NCBI GenBank assembly: GCA_965240325.2
Contig: OZ251226.1
Span: forward strand, 3,162,001-3,226,000
DNA: 64,000 bases
Reading direction: 5' to 3'
Origin: Rebecca billardiae RCC1528
Lineage: Eukaryota > Protista > Haptophyta
Positions 1 to 11,466 of this stretch are shown piece by piece. Below the pieces are notes generated by a model. That model was not told where the DNA came from. It saw nothing but the letters and a program-made list of their open reading frames with translations, and made no database searches. The position numbers and the translations under genes are program-made. The stretch's first letter is position 1. Each line of letters starts with the position of its first letter.

Positions 1-208
1 CGGTGCACGCGACGCGCCACCCGCGTGCGAGCCGCCGCCGCCGGCGACGCAGGACGAGCTTGGCTGGAGCCATCTCGCACGCCGCGCCTGGCGAAGCCGA
101 AAAATGTTGGTCGGTGCACGCGACGCGCCACCCGCGTGCGAGCCGCCGCCGCCGGCGACGCAGGACGAGCTTGGCTGGAGCCATCTCGCACGCCGCGCCT
201 GGCGAAGC
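1..208. repeat. Tandem duplication, 111-bp period (97 bp identical: 1-97 = 112-208)
   Basis: CGGTGCACGCGACGCGCCACCCG...CCTGGCGAAGC occurs at 1 and 112. It may extend left of the window. Confidence 0.9.
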
Positions 209-504
209 AGGCGGCAGAGGCCGGCGCCGGAAATCGATCTCCTGGGCGGCAGAACAACCCGGACAGACTGTTTGTCCGGGAGCAGCGCCCTTTGAGGCGA
301 TGGTCTGGTAGAGGGCGATGTGGCTGATGAGCGGCGCTGGCGCCCGGCGTTCTTGTCGTCCTCTTAGACAATCAGTTATTGTACCAATAACCCCACATAT
401 AGCTACGTATACATATATCGACTATCGTCACGACTATACGACTCTCGAGCTGCGGCGGTGACTCTCGATCGCGCGCTGGAAATGGCAGAGATGACGGCGT
501 CGTG

Positions 505-3500
505 TCAGGCGAGCACGAGCACCTCGCCGACGCTCCACGTCTTACCCGTCGAGGGCTCGTGCACGAGCACGCGGTGGATGCCCTCGAACTCGGGCACGAA
601 GCGCAGCCGCAGCCGCGACGCCATCGTGCTGAGCGAGCCGCCACTGCCCGTGGCCGCGCCATCCTCCGCATCGGCGGCGCTCGTGGGCATCACCGGCCCT
701 CGCGCGATGCTGCCCTCGAGCGCGCTCGACATCGCCTGCACGTACACGGACCAGCCCGGCACGACCGCGGTGGGCAGCCCGCAGTCCGTGCGCGGCTCGA
801 GCGAGAACTCGCACTCGCGGCCGAGGTGGCCGACGGAGCCCTCGGAGGGCGCGGGGTGCACGACCGAGGCGCGCGCGGCCGCGCGCGCGACGGCGACGGC
901 GAAGCGGTGGAGGACGAGCGGCCTCGCCTCCGCGTAGCCCGTGCCGGCGGTGAAGCCGACGTGCGCCCAGCCTCCGCTTGCGTTGAGCGCGGCGAGGTGC
1001 TCGGGCAGCAGCTCGGAGTGCAGCGCGGGCTGGGGCTCGTCGTCCACGTGCACGAGCAGCTGCGCGCGCGCGGCGTCGGCGACCACGCGCACGCTGTGCG
1101 TGCGCCCGTCGCCCAGCTTGGCGAGCGCGCGCCCCGCGCGCTGGTAGGTCGGCCTGCCGTCCACGTACAGCCGCACCGTGTCTCCGTCAAAGGTGACGGC
1201 CAGCGAGTGGTTCACGCCCGCCACGCCCGGGCACGCGCGGTTGCCGCACGGCACGCCGAGCATGCCCTCGGCCGAGCGCACGCCCGCGCCGAGCACGAGC
1301 AGCGCGAACGCCGGCGCCTGTGCGCGCGCGGAGGGTCGCGGCGGCGGCGCGCGCTCAGAGCGCGCGTGCGGTGGCGCCGCGCGCGCGCGCAGCCGCCGGC
1401 GCGCGCGCTCACCGGCCGGTGCATGGCGAGCCAACTGCCGTCGGTTGGCAGCTCGGCGGGCTCGACGGGCCGGTCCGGCGTGTCGCCGAGCTTGTGCGGC
1501 CGCCTGTCCAGCCCGTCGCTCTTGAGCACCGCGGCCGCGTCGCCCTCGAGCGCGCACACACTGAACACCGCCTCGAAGCCCTCCCCTACGCGCACGAGCT
1601 GCGCGGCGCGCGCGTGGGCGCAGGCGGCGCGCGCGCGGCGGGGCGTGTGAGGGCGCGGCGCGCGGGGCGGGCGCGCGCGCGTGCGCGGCGCGGCGCGGCG
1701 CGCGCGCACCTCCCGGGCGATGTGCGTCTCGACCGAGTTCGCCGTGCCGCCGTGCAGCACGTGCGAGCCGTCGTCCGGCGTGGGCGGCGCCGTGTCGTCG
1801 TACTGCAGCCGCGCGTACAGCCGCGTGGGCTCGCCGCCAAACGTCGGGATGGCGCGCACCTCGACGAGCGCGCCCGAGGGCGGCCACGGCGAGGCGAGCT
1901 GCCTCGAGAGCAGCAGGTGGTCGAAGAACATCGAGTCGCGGTCGAAGAGCTTCACCGAGATGGCGTGCTCGGCGGAGAGCGTGCCGAACTCGAGCTGCTC
2001 GTCCCACACGGGCGCGTCCGCGTTGTCGACGATCGACGTGCTGAGGCAGTGCGGGCACGCCGAGCACTGCCGCCCGCCGCAGCCCACGCTGAGCTCGACG
2101 TACGGGTCGGAGAGCGCGCCGTTCTGGTCGGCGGGCGGCACGCCCGTCGCGTTGAGCACGGAGACGCGCAGCCGCACCGTGCGCCCGCCGCGCACGTACC
2201 GCGCCCACGCGGGCGTGCGCGCGCCGGCGCCGAGTGGCCGTCCGCCCGCGCGCCAGCCGAGCACCGCGGTGAAGTTCTCGGCGCACTGGCGCAGCATGAA
2301 GTCGCACGCGTGCGGGTCGTCGCCGTACAGCGGCACGTGCGGCGAGGTGAACGGCTGGCGCAGCACGAACGGCTGGTTCGCGCCGTGCCGCAGCTGCAGC
2401 CGCACCGACCCCTTGAGGTCGGCGCACAGTCGGTGATGGCCAAGGATCTCGTTCATCGCGCGCGTGAGCGTCTCGACCTCGCGCTTGTGCAGCCCCACCT
2501 CGATCTTGGGCGAGTACGCGGTCTGGTTGGGCTCGAGGCGGAAGCCGAGCTTGGGCAGCTGCACCTCGTCCACCAGCGGCACCGCCGGGTCCGGGCCGAA
2601 CGTGCTCGCGCCGTCCGGGTCGTTGAAGGTGGCGGAGAGCTGCACGTCCGTCACCTCGACGCCAAAGTTGAGCGGGTTGTGTAGCGGCAGCTGCATCGCA
2701 AACGACACGCCCTGCTCCCAGAAGAGGAGCGTGGACATCATCGGGCCCCACGTGATGTGCGGCTTGCCCGCGAGCACGCGCCACGTGCCGTCCTCGCCGC
2801 CGCCGATCCGCGCCCGCACGCCGCCGCCCACCGCGCCGTCGGCGGCGACGGCGGCGGGCGCGTCGCCGTCCGGCTGGCCGTCGCCGTCCGCGCCGCCGAT
2901 GCCGGGCAGCCGCAGCGCCGGCAGCGTCATCGGCAGCACCAGCCGCTGCACGCCGCCGCCCGGCGCGTCGAACTCGAGCTCGAAGGCGAGGCCGAGGCTC
3001 TGCCCGCCCACCACCGCGCTCACCGCGTCGTTCAGCGCCGCGCCGATCGCGAGCGTGAGGTTGAGCTCGGCGTCGAGCGCGCGCAGCGGCAGCGCGAGCC
3101 TGCCGGCCGTGGGCGAGAGGGCAACCACCTCGCGCGCGCCGCTCAGCGTGACGCTCAGCCGCGGGCGCTCGACGGCGAGCTCCATGCGCGCCGGCAGCGC
3201 GGCCGCGGGCACCGCCACCCGGAACAGCGCGCCCGCCGGCGTCGTCTGCAGCAGGTGCCACGAGCCCGCGCGGAAGGACGGCTCCCACCAGCGCGCTGCC
3301 CTGTACAGCGCGTCGTCTGCGCGCAGCCGCGCCGCGCGCGCCTCCGCCGCGGCCGCGTCCGCGCCCACGCCCGCGCCCAGCCGCCAGAGCACGACGCGCA
3401 CGCCCGAGAGCGCGTGCGTGAGGAAGTCCGTCTGCTTGCCCGGCAGCCCGGAGAGCGAGAGCTCGAACCCGCCGCCGTCGCCGAGCCGCGAGCCGCGCGT

Positions 3501-3975
3501 GCCGCCGTCGAGCGCGTACGCGACGCGCGCGGCGAGCGCTGACAGGTCGCCCAGCTCGACGCTCATGCGCAGCGGCAGCGGCTCGGTGGGCGTGGCGGGC
3601 CACGCGGCGTGCCACGCGCGCACGCTCGCGACGCACACGCCCGCCAGCCGCACCTCCGAGCCGAACGCGGGGAGCGCGCCGCGCACGATGAACGCGCTCG
3701 GCAGCGCGCTCAGCCACAGGTCGACGGCCACGTCCAGCCGCGCGGGCGCGGTGCGCACGCTCGGCGCGTGCGCGCCGATCAGCGCGGCGCGCACGCGCCG
3801 CACGCGGTGGTGCACCGCGAGCGTGCTCAGGTCGATCACCGCGGAGCCGCCGACCAGGTGCACGCGCGACGCGCGCTTGCGCGCGCCCGCCACGCTGTCC
3901 ACCAGCGTGATCGGCCGCAGCGAGTCGAGCAGCTGCTGCCCAAAACACGACGATGACGAGCCAGAGGGCGGCGGC

Positions 3976-4009
<34 letters not shown>

Positions 4010-5714
4010 AGGGCGGCGGCGGCGGCGTGGCGGACGCGCGGCGGCGGCGCGAGGCGTGCGCGCCGGCGCGCGCGCCCGCCGCGCCCGCGCCGTCCGCCTC
4101 GGACCGCTTCTCCCCCGCGGCGCGCGCGATCGCCGACTCGGCCGCGCGCAGTGCGCCCGCGCCGCCAAGCCGCAGCGCGCCGCCCGACGCGAGGGCTGAG
4201 TCGATCTCGCCCGCGAGCAGCGTCGTCGCCGCGAGCGCCGCGCGCTCGCGCTGCGCGTCGGACGCGGCCGCGTCCGGCAGCACCGGCACCCACGCGCTCG
4301 CGCGGACGGGCATGTGCCCGCCGCCGATGCGCACGCTCAGCGTCTGCTCGGGGAAGCGGAGCGCCAGCAGCGGCGTGCCCTCGGGCGGAGGCCCGCGCGA
4401 GGCGGGCGGCGGCGATGGCGGCAGCGGCGCGCGCGCGTCGTCCGCGCCGCCCGCCGCGTCGGCGTCCGCGTCCGCGTCCGCGTCCGCGCCCGCGCCGCCG
4501 CCCGCCGGCTCGGAGCCGCCCGCCCCGCCGCCCGCCGCCTCCCCGCCCTCCGCGCCGCCGGGCAGCAGCTGCGGCGGGCGCAGGCGCGCGCGCGCCCCGC
4601 GCGCCTGCTCCCAGTACACGGCCGCCTCCAGAGTGGGCACGTGCACCAGGATGTCCGCGGCGTCGACGACGGACTCGGCAGCGCCCTCGTCGTCGGAGGG
4701 GACGAGGCTGGCCGAGCCCTGCACGTCCTGCGCGCCGAAGTGCAGCACGCCCTCCAGCGCCACCGCCAGCCCGTCCTGCGCGAGCATCTGCGCCGGCGGA
4801 CCTCCGTCGGGCGTGCCGCGGTCGCGCTCCGAGCGTAGCGCGTCGTTGCCGAGCGTGAGGGACGAGATGCTGAAGCGCAGGGCGGCGGAGTCGCGCGCGG
4901 CGCCGACGCCGTGCGAGGAGCACGAGCCGCGCTCGCACTCCACGTGCATCGCGACGCGCGGCTGCGTGCGCATGCCGAGCAGCCCGAGGCTGAGCTGCGC
5001 CTCCACCACCAGGCCCACAGCCGAGCCGTTCGCCAGCAGCGACAGCTCGCGCGCGAGCGCGTCGACGGGGCCGAAGTTGAGGCCGGCCGGGCCGACGAGC
5101 AGGGTCGACGGGCCCGGCGACACCTCCACCTCGCGGTCGATCCCGTTGCTCGACGACTCGAGCTGCACGCGCGTGGAGGCGAGCGGGTCGCCGCCGATCG
5201 CGCGCCGCACGTCGACCTCGAGCGCGCCCAGCTGCACGGAGAGCGAGAGCGGGTTGTGCACGCGCGCGCGCACCTCGTACTGCAGCGCGCTGGAGCACAG
5301 GCCGCCCACCTCCACCAGCTCCAGCTTGAAGCACCGCGCCGGCACCCGCCGGCAGCCGCGCAGCCGCAGCAGCTCGGTGAGCGCCCACGCGGCGCACACG
5401 AGCGCAACCAGCAGGAGCAGGCCCACGCAGCGCAGGCAGAGGGTGCGCGCGGCGCGGCGCGAGCGCGTGCGGGGCGAGAGCGGCGCTTCAGCGACGCCCG
5501 CTCCGCCGCTCCGCGCGGGCGAGCGCTCCGCCGAGTGCACGGGCGACGGGCGTGCAACGGGCGACGGCGCTTTGGGCGAGGCGTCATCAAACGCGTCGCT
5601 GTAGTCGTCGTCATCGGAGGCGTCGGAGCGCGGGAGCTTGCTCGACGGCGTCGATGCGCCCTCCTCCATCGCGTGCGAGCGCAGAGCCCCCGGCTCGAGC
5701 AGCCGCTCGGCCAT
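505..5714 (-). CDS. Large type II membrane protein: N-terminal TM, LEA_2/DUF3712-like beta domains, C2 domain, legume(L)-type lectin domain, C-terminal filamin/Ig-like fold. Exons 5714-1710, 1598-1413, 1317-505
   Basis: ATG 5714 (MAERLL). TM LCLRCVGLLLLVALVCAAWAL. LEA2-like RVHNPLSLSVQLGALEVDV and LHNPLNFGVEVTDVQLSATFND. C2: VRLRVSVLNATGVPPADQNGALSDPYV...APVWDEQLEF...VKLFDRDSMFFDHLL. L-lectin: GFEAVFS, SLAVTFD, AHVGFTAGTG. GT-AG introns 1599-1709 and 1318-1412 join ORF 1212..5801 to the end of ORF 505..5397. Confidence 0.75.
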
Positions 5715-6408
5715 GGCGATCCGGGGCACACGCGCTCGCGCGCCCGGGTGCAAAGGAGGCGGGCGCCGCCCTGCTTGAGTTCCCCGGGAGCCAGTGGCCA
5801 ATTGATCTCGTGCACGCGTGGATGCACAACGAGGGGAAGCAGACTTTCAGTTGGACTGCCATCGCCGTCGTCGTCGCTGCACCACAAGGCCGCACCAAGC
5901 TCAAAGCTGAAAGCGGTCAAGCGGAAGGGTGGTCAGGGTCGCCGACTCCAGCGGAGTCCGGCGCCGGAGGTTCACCTACAGATTTTTGGAGCGGAGCGGC
6001 CGCGCGGGGCCGCCGCCGCTGTGGCGGGCCGCTTGGGGCGTGCACGGCGTGGGCTCGTGCGGCCGCTGCTGCGCACGCCGAGCGATCTGGCGCGGTCTCG
6101 CGGCTCGTTGAGGGCCTCGCGCGCCGCAGCGCGCCGCGCGCCTTGCCTAGCTTCACCTGTCTCGCGCCTCGGCCGCCGTGCACGCATGCGGGGCCAAACC
6201 GCGAGCGGCTTATCGGCGTACCTCTCAGACTACCACGCTCGACTAGTCTTCACGAGTCGCAGCGTCGCGACGATATCCCATCGTTCAACGGAGGACCGTG
6301 ATGTCCAGGCATTGTTATTTGTTTTTGACGAGCGGCGCTTCACCAGGCTATCAAGTCGACAGTCGTGCTTTCACGTCGCGTCCGGCACTGACTGCGGCGC
6401 GCACAGTG

Positions 6409-9400
6409 CTAGGACTCAGACGCGACGGCGAACGGCGTTCCGATGGCGAGGTCCTGCATGCTGCGTGAGTTCGCGTGAGGCGCCTTGGCAGCAGCGCCAG
6501 AGACGATGCTCCGCCTCGCGCCCGTCGCGCCGGCCGCGGTGCCGGGCCTGTGCGCAGGCGTGTTGATCGGCAGCGACTCGGCGCGCAGCTCGAGCGGCAG
6601 TGGCTGCGCATCGGCGTTGTTCTGCGCGGGCTGGGCCGGCCCACGGTCGGCGAAGGTCACGCTCGAGGCGCGGTGCGGGATGGCGGTGCGCGGCCGCGGG
6701 CCTGGCACCGCGCCCGCGGCGGTCGGCAGCGCCAGCGTGCCCCGCGAGGCCCGGCTCCGCGCCAGCATGGACGGCGTGGTCGGCCGCGCACCCGCTGGGC
6801 CCGCCATGTCCGGCCGCGAGCGGCTGCGCGCGGGCAGCGGCTGCGAGCGCGGCACGCCGATCGATGGCGCGCGCAGCGCAGCCGAGGGCGCAGCCGGCGC
6901 CGCGGCCGGCGCCGGTGCGGGCGGCGCGAGCGACGTGCGGCTGTGCAGCGCCGCCGCCGTCTTAGGCCTCGTCCCCGCCTCGCGCGGGGCGCTCGGCGCG
7001 CCCGGCAGCGCGGGCGAGGCGCCGCCGAGCGATGGCGGCGCGGCCGAGAGCGGCCGCGCCGCCGCGTCGCGCGCGGCCATCGGCTCCGCCAGGCGGCGCG
7101 GCAGCGGCGGCGGCACGGCGGCCGCGGCCTGCGCGCGCGAGAGGAAGCTGACTGAAGGGCGCGAGGTGATGGACTGCAGCTGCGCGCGCTCCGCGGCGGT
7201 GAGCTCGCGCTGCGCGCCGCGGAACGCGCTGGCACTGGGCAGCGAGGTGACGCGCGGCAGCGAGCGCGCGGCAGGCCCGGCGGCGGCAGGCCCGGCGCCG
7301 CCGAGCAGCAGCGGGTCCGCCTCGTCCTCGCTCTCCTCCTCCTCCTCGAACAGCAGAGGCGACGCGCCGTCAAACCCACCGAGCGGGCCGAGCGGAGCCA
7401 GCTGCGGCGCGCCCTCGTGCGACGAGCGCGGCTGCCGGGTCAGCAGCGCGCCGCCGTCCGAGGCGCGGTGCGGCCGCGCGCGGGGCGAGCGGCGCGGCGT
7501 CAGGAACGACGGCTCCTCCTCCAAGCCGTCCGCGCCGCCGAGGGAGGCCAGCGGCAGCAGCGGCGAGACCGAGGCGCTCGAGCGCGCGGGCCGCCTCAGG
7601 TTGGCCGGTGAAGCGGACGGCGAGGGCGAGGGCGAGGGCGAGAAGAGCGAGCCCGCCTTGGCCCTGAGCGCGGGGTCGAGACTGGCGTCGGGTGGCAGCG
7701 GCGGCGGCGCGCGGCTCGGCCTGCGCTCGGCCTGCGCCTGCGCGCGCGACGAGTGCACGGGCGGCGGCAGCGAGGCGGCGGCGGCGGCGAGCGCCGCGGC
7801 GGCGACCGCGGCGGGCTTGGCGGACACGCCCGCCTCCACGATCGCGCCCGCAATCTTGTGCACGCGCGCGCTCACCCACTCCTGCATCCGGCTCGCGCGC
7901 TCGTGCAGCTCCTTCTCCCCGCGCGCGCGCAGCAGCTTGAGCAGGTCGGCCTCGGCGATCTCGAGCGCCTCGACGCCGCCGGACGAGTGCGACGCCAGCC
8001 GCCAGGCGAGCGCCGGGCAGAGCGTGCGCAGCGTGAGCGAGCACAGCACGTTGCCCACGCCCAGCACGGCGACTGGCAGGTCGCGCGGCGCGCTCGGCGG
8101 CTCGGAGGAGAGCCCCTTGGGGACGTGCAGGCTGGCGGCGGCCGCGCCCTCGCGCTTCTGCGCCGAGGTGGACGCGCTGTAGATGCGCGCCATCGACTGC
8201 GCGCGCTGCGCCTCGGCCAGCGCCCGGCGGTGCGCCGCGCGCACCGCCTCGCCGCCGTCCACAATCAGCTGGCACTCGCCGTGGACGATGATGCGCGCCG
8301 TGCAGCCGCTGCCCTCGCAGCCGCCGCCGCCGCCGCCGGTGGCGGCGGTGTTGGCGCTGCTCCCGCCGCTCGGCGCGGCGGCAGCCTTGGCGCCCGCCGC
8401 GCCGGCCGTCGCCGAGCCCTCCGCGGGCGCGGGCGCGGCCACGAGCACGGCCTCTCCGCGCGAGAGCCGCGCGCGCGAGAAGAGGGGCGCGATGCGCAGC
8501 ATCTCGCGCTCGGCCGCCTGCTCGGTGCGGTGGCGCGCCTCGACGGCGAGGTGCTCGGCGACGGCCTCCTCGCGCGCGAGCGTGTCGGCGAGGTCGGCGC
8601 TCGCGACGGCGGCCTGCGTGAGCGCCTCCGCCGCCGCCATGCTGCTCCGGTGCGGCGCGTGCCTCCGCTGCCGCGCGGGCGACGCCTCCTCCACCCCCTC
8701 GAACTCGCCGCCGCCGCCCGGCACGCCCAGCGACATGGTCGAGCGGTGCATGGGCGTGCGGCGCCGGCTCGCGGGCGAGGGCTCGTCGAAGGCCTCGAGC
8801 TCGTGCGCGTGCATGCCGCTCGAGACGCTCTTGCGCATCGACATCATCCGCCGGCGCCGCGCGGGCGACGGGTCGAGCAGAGCCAGCGGATCGGCACCGC
8901 CGTCGGGCGGCGAGCCCACCGCCGATTCGCCCATCGCCGCGACCGCGGCGCGTGCGCTGGCTGCAGCCGCGGGCTCGGCGAGGGACATGCTCATCCGGGG
9001 CGGGGGCGGCGCGAGCTCGCTGAGCGACATGCTCGCCCGATGCGACCCCGCCGGCGCGCGCCGCCGGCGCTCGGGCGAGGCCTCGAGCGAGGGCGCGTCC
9101 GGCAGCCCTCCCGCCGAGGAGACGCTCGAGCGCTGGGGCCGCACGCCCGGCCGCTCGGCGGCGCCGACGGCCGCGGGCGCGGCGGCGCGCGGCGGCGGCG
9201 TGTACAGCAGGTCGAGCTTGAGCAGCGCCTGCGCCGTGTCCCGCCAGCGCTCGAGGCACGCCTTGTCCAGCGCGTGCGCGCGGAACGCCGCCCTCGAGAT
9301 GCCGATCACCTCGACCGCCGTGCTCGCCTTCACCGAAGCGTCGGGCGCGTCGCCGAGCGCGGCGGCCATCTCGCCGATCGAGTCGCCCGGCCCGGCGGTG

Positions 9401-10884
9401 CGGTCGAAGCTCTCCCACTGGCCGCCGAGGCGGGTCGTGCTGGGCTCCTTCGCCTCGTCCGCCTCGACCGCCGCGCCCGCCCCCTTCCCGCCCATCGCCG
9501 CGACCGCCATCGTGACGGTGCTGGCATGCTCGCTCAGCTCGGCCGTCTCGGCCGCCTCCGAGCGCAGCCGCTGCGTGGACGCGCCGACCGGCACGTGCAC
9601 GGTGACGGCGCACTGGCCGCTGAGCACGACGAGCACGTCGGTCGGCGCGATGGCGACCTTCTTCGCCTGCAGCGCCGCCGCGCGCGCCCACGGCGGCGCG
9701 CGGATCCGCGTGCCCGCCGAGACGCGCGCGTACGCGATGCCCGCGACCAGCTCGCGCGCGGCGCGCTCGTCCAGCCCGGCAAAGAGCGGGAGCGAGCCGA
9801 GGCGCGCGAGCAGGATGTCCACGTCGGCGGGGGTGCGCGCGGCGCGCGCCTTGGCGGTGGCCGCGGCGAACGCCGCCTCCTCGCGCGCCGACGCGAGCAT
9901 GCGCTCGTCGAGCGAGCTGAGCAGCGTGGCCTTGGTGAGCAGGTGCACGTGCGCGCCCATCGAGATCACGGTCGCGTTGCGCACGAGCCCGTCGGTCAGC
10001 AGCGCCGCCTCGCCGACGAGCGCGCCGCGGTGGACGGTGGAGACCTGGCGGAGCGGCGCGCGCACGTCGATGCCCGAGCGCGTCGTCGCCTGCCGCACGA
10101 GCTCCCACCGCTCGCACGCCCGCCGGCGCGGCTCGTCGGCGTGCGCGAAGAGCGCAGGCGCCGGGCGCTTGTGCGCGTGCACGCAAATGTCGATGCTGCC
10201 CGAGCTCACCATGAAGCAGAAGTCGGCGGGCGCGCCCTGGCGGAAGAGCAGCTCGTCCTCGCCGAGGTAGCGCGACTCCATCGACTCGGCCAGCCGGCAG
10301 AGCGGCTCGCGCTCCCAGCTGCCGAACAGCTTGCCCGAGCGCAGCAGCGAGAGCTTCTCGTGCAGCTGCCGCTTGTACGCGGGCACCAGGTGCGCGAGCG
10401 CGGCGGCGCGGGGCACCTCGAGGAGGCAGCAGCCGTCGGCCTGCGCGGTCGCGATGTACTCGTTGAACGCGTTGTGCTCGTGCAGCTGAAGCAGCCCGAA
10501 CACGCCGCCGGTGCGCAGCAGGCGCGGCGGCGGCGCGCTGATGCCGCCGGCGAGCGTCTCGCCCGGCGGCACAAACAGGCCCGTCGTGATGTGCGGCTCG
10601 TTGAGCTCGACCGCGCCGTCGACGACGAAGTAGACGCCGTCTGGGAACGCGCTCGACGTGACGATCGTCGCGCCCGCCGCGTACGACGTGCAGGTCGAGA
10701 GCGCGAGCACCTTCTCGAGCGCGTCGTCGTCGATGGCGAGCTGCTCCATCGCCTTGAGGCCGCGCACGAGCGAGGTGATGCGCGCGTGCATAGTGGGACG
10801 CGCGCGCTCTTCGTCGGGCAGTGCGAGGAGCTGCCCCAGCCGCGGCGGCGCCGCGCCAGCGATCTGGCCGTCTGCTGGCCCCAT
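6409..10884 (-). CDS. Multi-cyclic-nucleotide-binding (cNMP/CAP-type) domain protein with long low-complexity C-terminus
   Basis: Repeated cNMP motifs: YAAGATIV...GVYFVVDGAVEL...GGVFGLL; LFRQGAPADFCFMVSSGSIDI...GALVGEAALL...RNATVIS; GPGDSIGEMAA...ASVKAST...VIGISRAAF. The start is uncertain (10884 MGPADG or the later MHARIT), and unrecognised introns are possible. Confidence 0.75.
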   Translation of the reverse strand: MGPADGQIAGAAPPRLGQLLALPDEERARPTMHARITSLVRGLKAMEQLAIDDDALEKVLALSTCTSYAAGATIVTSSAFPDGVYFVVDGAVELNEPHITTGLFVPPGETLAGGISAPPPRLLRTGGVFGLLQLHEHNAFNEYIATAQADGCCLLEVPRAAALAHLVPAYKRQLHEKLSLLRSGKLFGSWEREPLCRLAESMESRYLGEDELLFRQGAPADFCFMVSSGSIDICVHAHKRPAPALFAHADEPRRRACERWELVRQATTRSGIDVRAPLRQVSTVHRGALVGEAALLTDGLVRNATVISMGAHVHLLTKATLLSSLDERMLASAREEAAFAAATAKARAARTPADVDILLARLGSLPLFAGLDERAARELVAGIAYARVSAGTRIRAPPWARAAALQAKKVAIAPTDVLVVLSGQCAVTVHVPVGASTQRLRSEAAETAELSEHASTVTMAVAAMGGKGAGAAVEADEAKEPSTTRLGGQWESFDRTAGPGDSIGEMAAALGDAPDASVKASTAVEVIGISRAAFRAHALDKACLERWRDTAQALLKLDLLYTPPPRAAAPAAVGAAERPGVRPQRSSVSSAGGLPDAPSLEASPERRRRAPAGSHRASMSLSELAPPPPRMSMSLAEPAAAASARAAVAAMGESAVGSPPDGGADPLALLDPSPARRRRMMSMRKSVSSGMHAHELEAFDEPSPASRRRTPMHRSTMSLGVPGGGGEFEGVEEASPARQRRHAPHRSSMAAAEALTQAAVASADLADTLAREEAVAEHLAVEARHRTEQAAEREMLRIAPLFSRARLSRGEAVLVAAPAPAEGSATAGAAGAKAAAAPSGGSSANTAATGGGGGGCEGSGCTARIIVHGECQLIVDGGEAVRAAHRRALAEAQRAQSMARIYSASTSAQKREGAAAASLHVPKGLSSEPPSAPRDLPVAVLGVGNVLCSLTLRTLCPALAWRLASHSSGGVEALEIAEADLLKLLRARGEKELHERASRMQEWVSARVHKIAGAIVEAGVSAKPAAVAAAALAAAAASLPPPVHSSRAQAQAERRPSRAPPPLPPDASLDPALRAKAGSLFSPSPSPSPSASPANLRRPARSSASVSPLLPLASLGGADGLEEEPSFLTPRRSPRARPHRASDGGALLTRQPRSSHEGAPQLAPLGPLGGFDGASPLLFEEEEESEDEADPLLLGGAGPAAAGPAARSLPRVTSLPSASAFRGAQRELTAAERAQLQSITSRPSVSFLSRAQAAAAVPPPLPRRLAEPMAARDAAARPLSAAPPSLGGASPALPGAPSAPREAGTRPKTAAALHSRTSLAPPAPAPAAAPAAPSAALRAPSIGVPRSQPLPARSRSRPDMAGPAGARPTTPSMLARSRASRGTLALPTAAGAVPGPRPRTAIPHRASSVTFADRGPAQPAQNNADAQPLPLELRAESLPINTPAHRPGTAAGATGARRSIVSGAAAKAPHANSRSMQDLAIGTPFAVASES

Positions 10885-11466
10885 CGGGCGTGCGCCGTGG
10901 GCGGACCTCCCCGCCGGAGGGGGGCACAGCGTCGTGTGAATGTGTGTGTGTGCACCGGTCGGAATGATGATGACGACAGTCGTCGTAGATAATTGAAGAT
11001 GCGCGCTGGATTGTGTGGAGGCGGGTGGACCTTCCTCAGCCTCCCTCACCTGTAATCAACGAGCAATCTGTAAGTCATTGCGTAACGACGCTTTACCTGC
11101 GCCGGTGCGGGGACGTGATAATCACTATTGGCGGGACGTGGCGGTTCTTCGTCAACGCTCATATTTTGCCTTTTTGAATATGTGAACGATGTCTGACAGC
11201 GGGTCTGGCGCCGCGCGTTCGTTAATTGCCGCTCATCGGCGTTCATAGTGATCTGCAAACTCATCATTACGTGCTGATATTGATTTGGAGGAATCGGAGA
11301 GCTATCATACTTCACTACCCTTATTACCTTCTGCCCCTTGGCCTTGATGTAACGTCCAACTGGAATGATGGCCGCGGTGTAGTAGTGACACTGGTGACGT
11401 AGTGTCGATCGTGGCCCGGGCAAGGCTACCGAGTTCGCCGACCGCGGTCACCGCTACGACTACGAG

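Noticed and set aside
505-10992. Very long Arg/Ala/Gly-rich overlapping ORFs (e.g. most of 505..5397, 2464..5604, 7370..10927, 7753..10992)
   Set aside because: Shadow frames caused by extreme GC and few stop codons; no domains. The same applies across the window.
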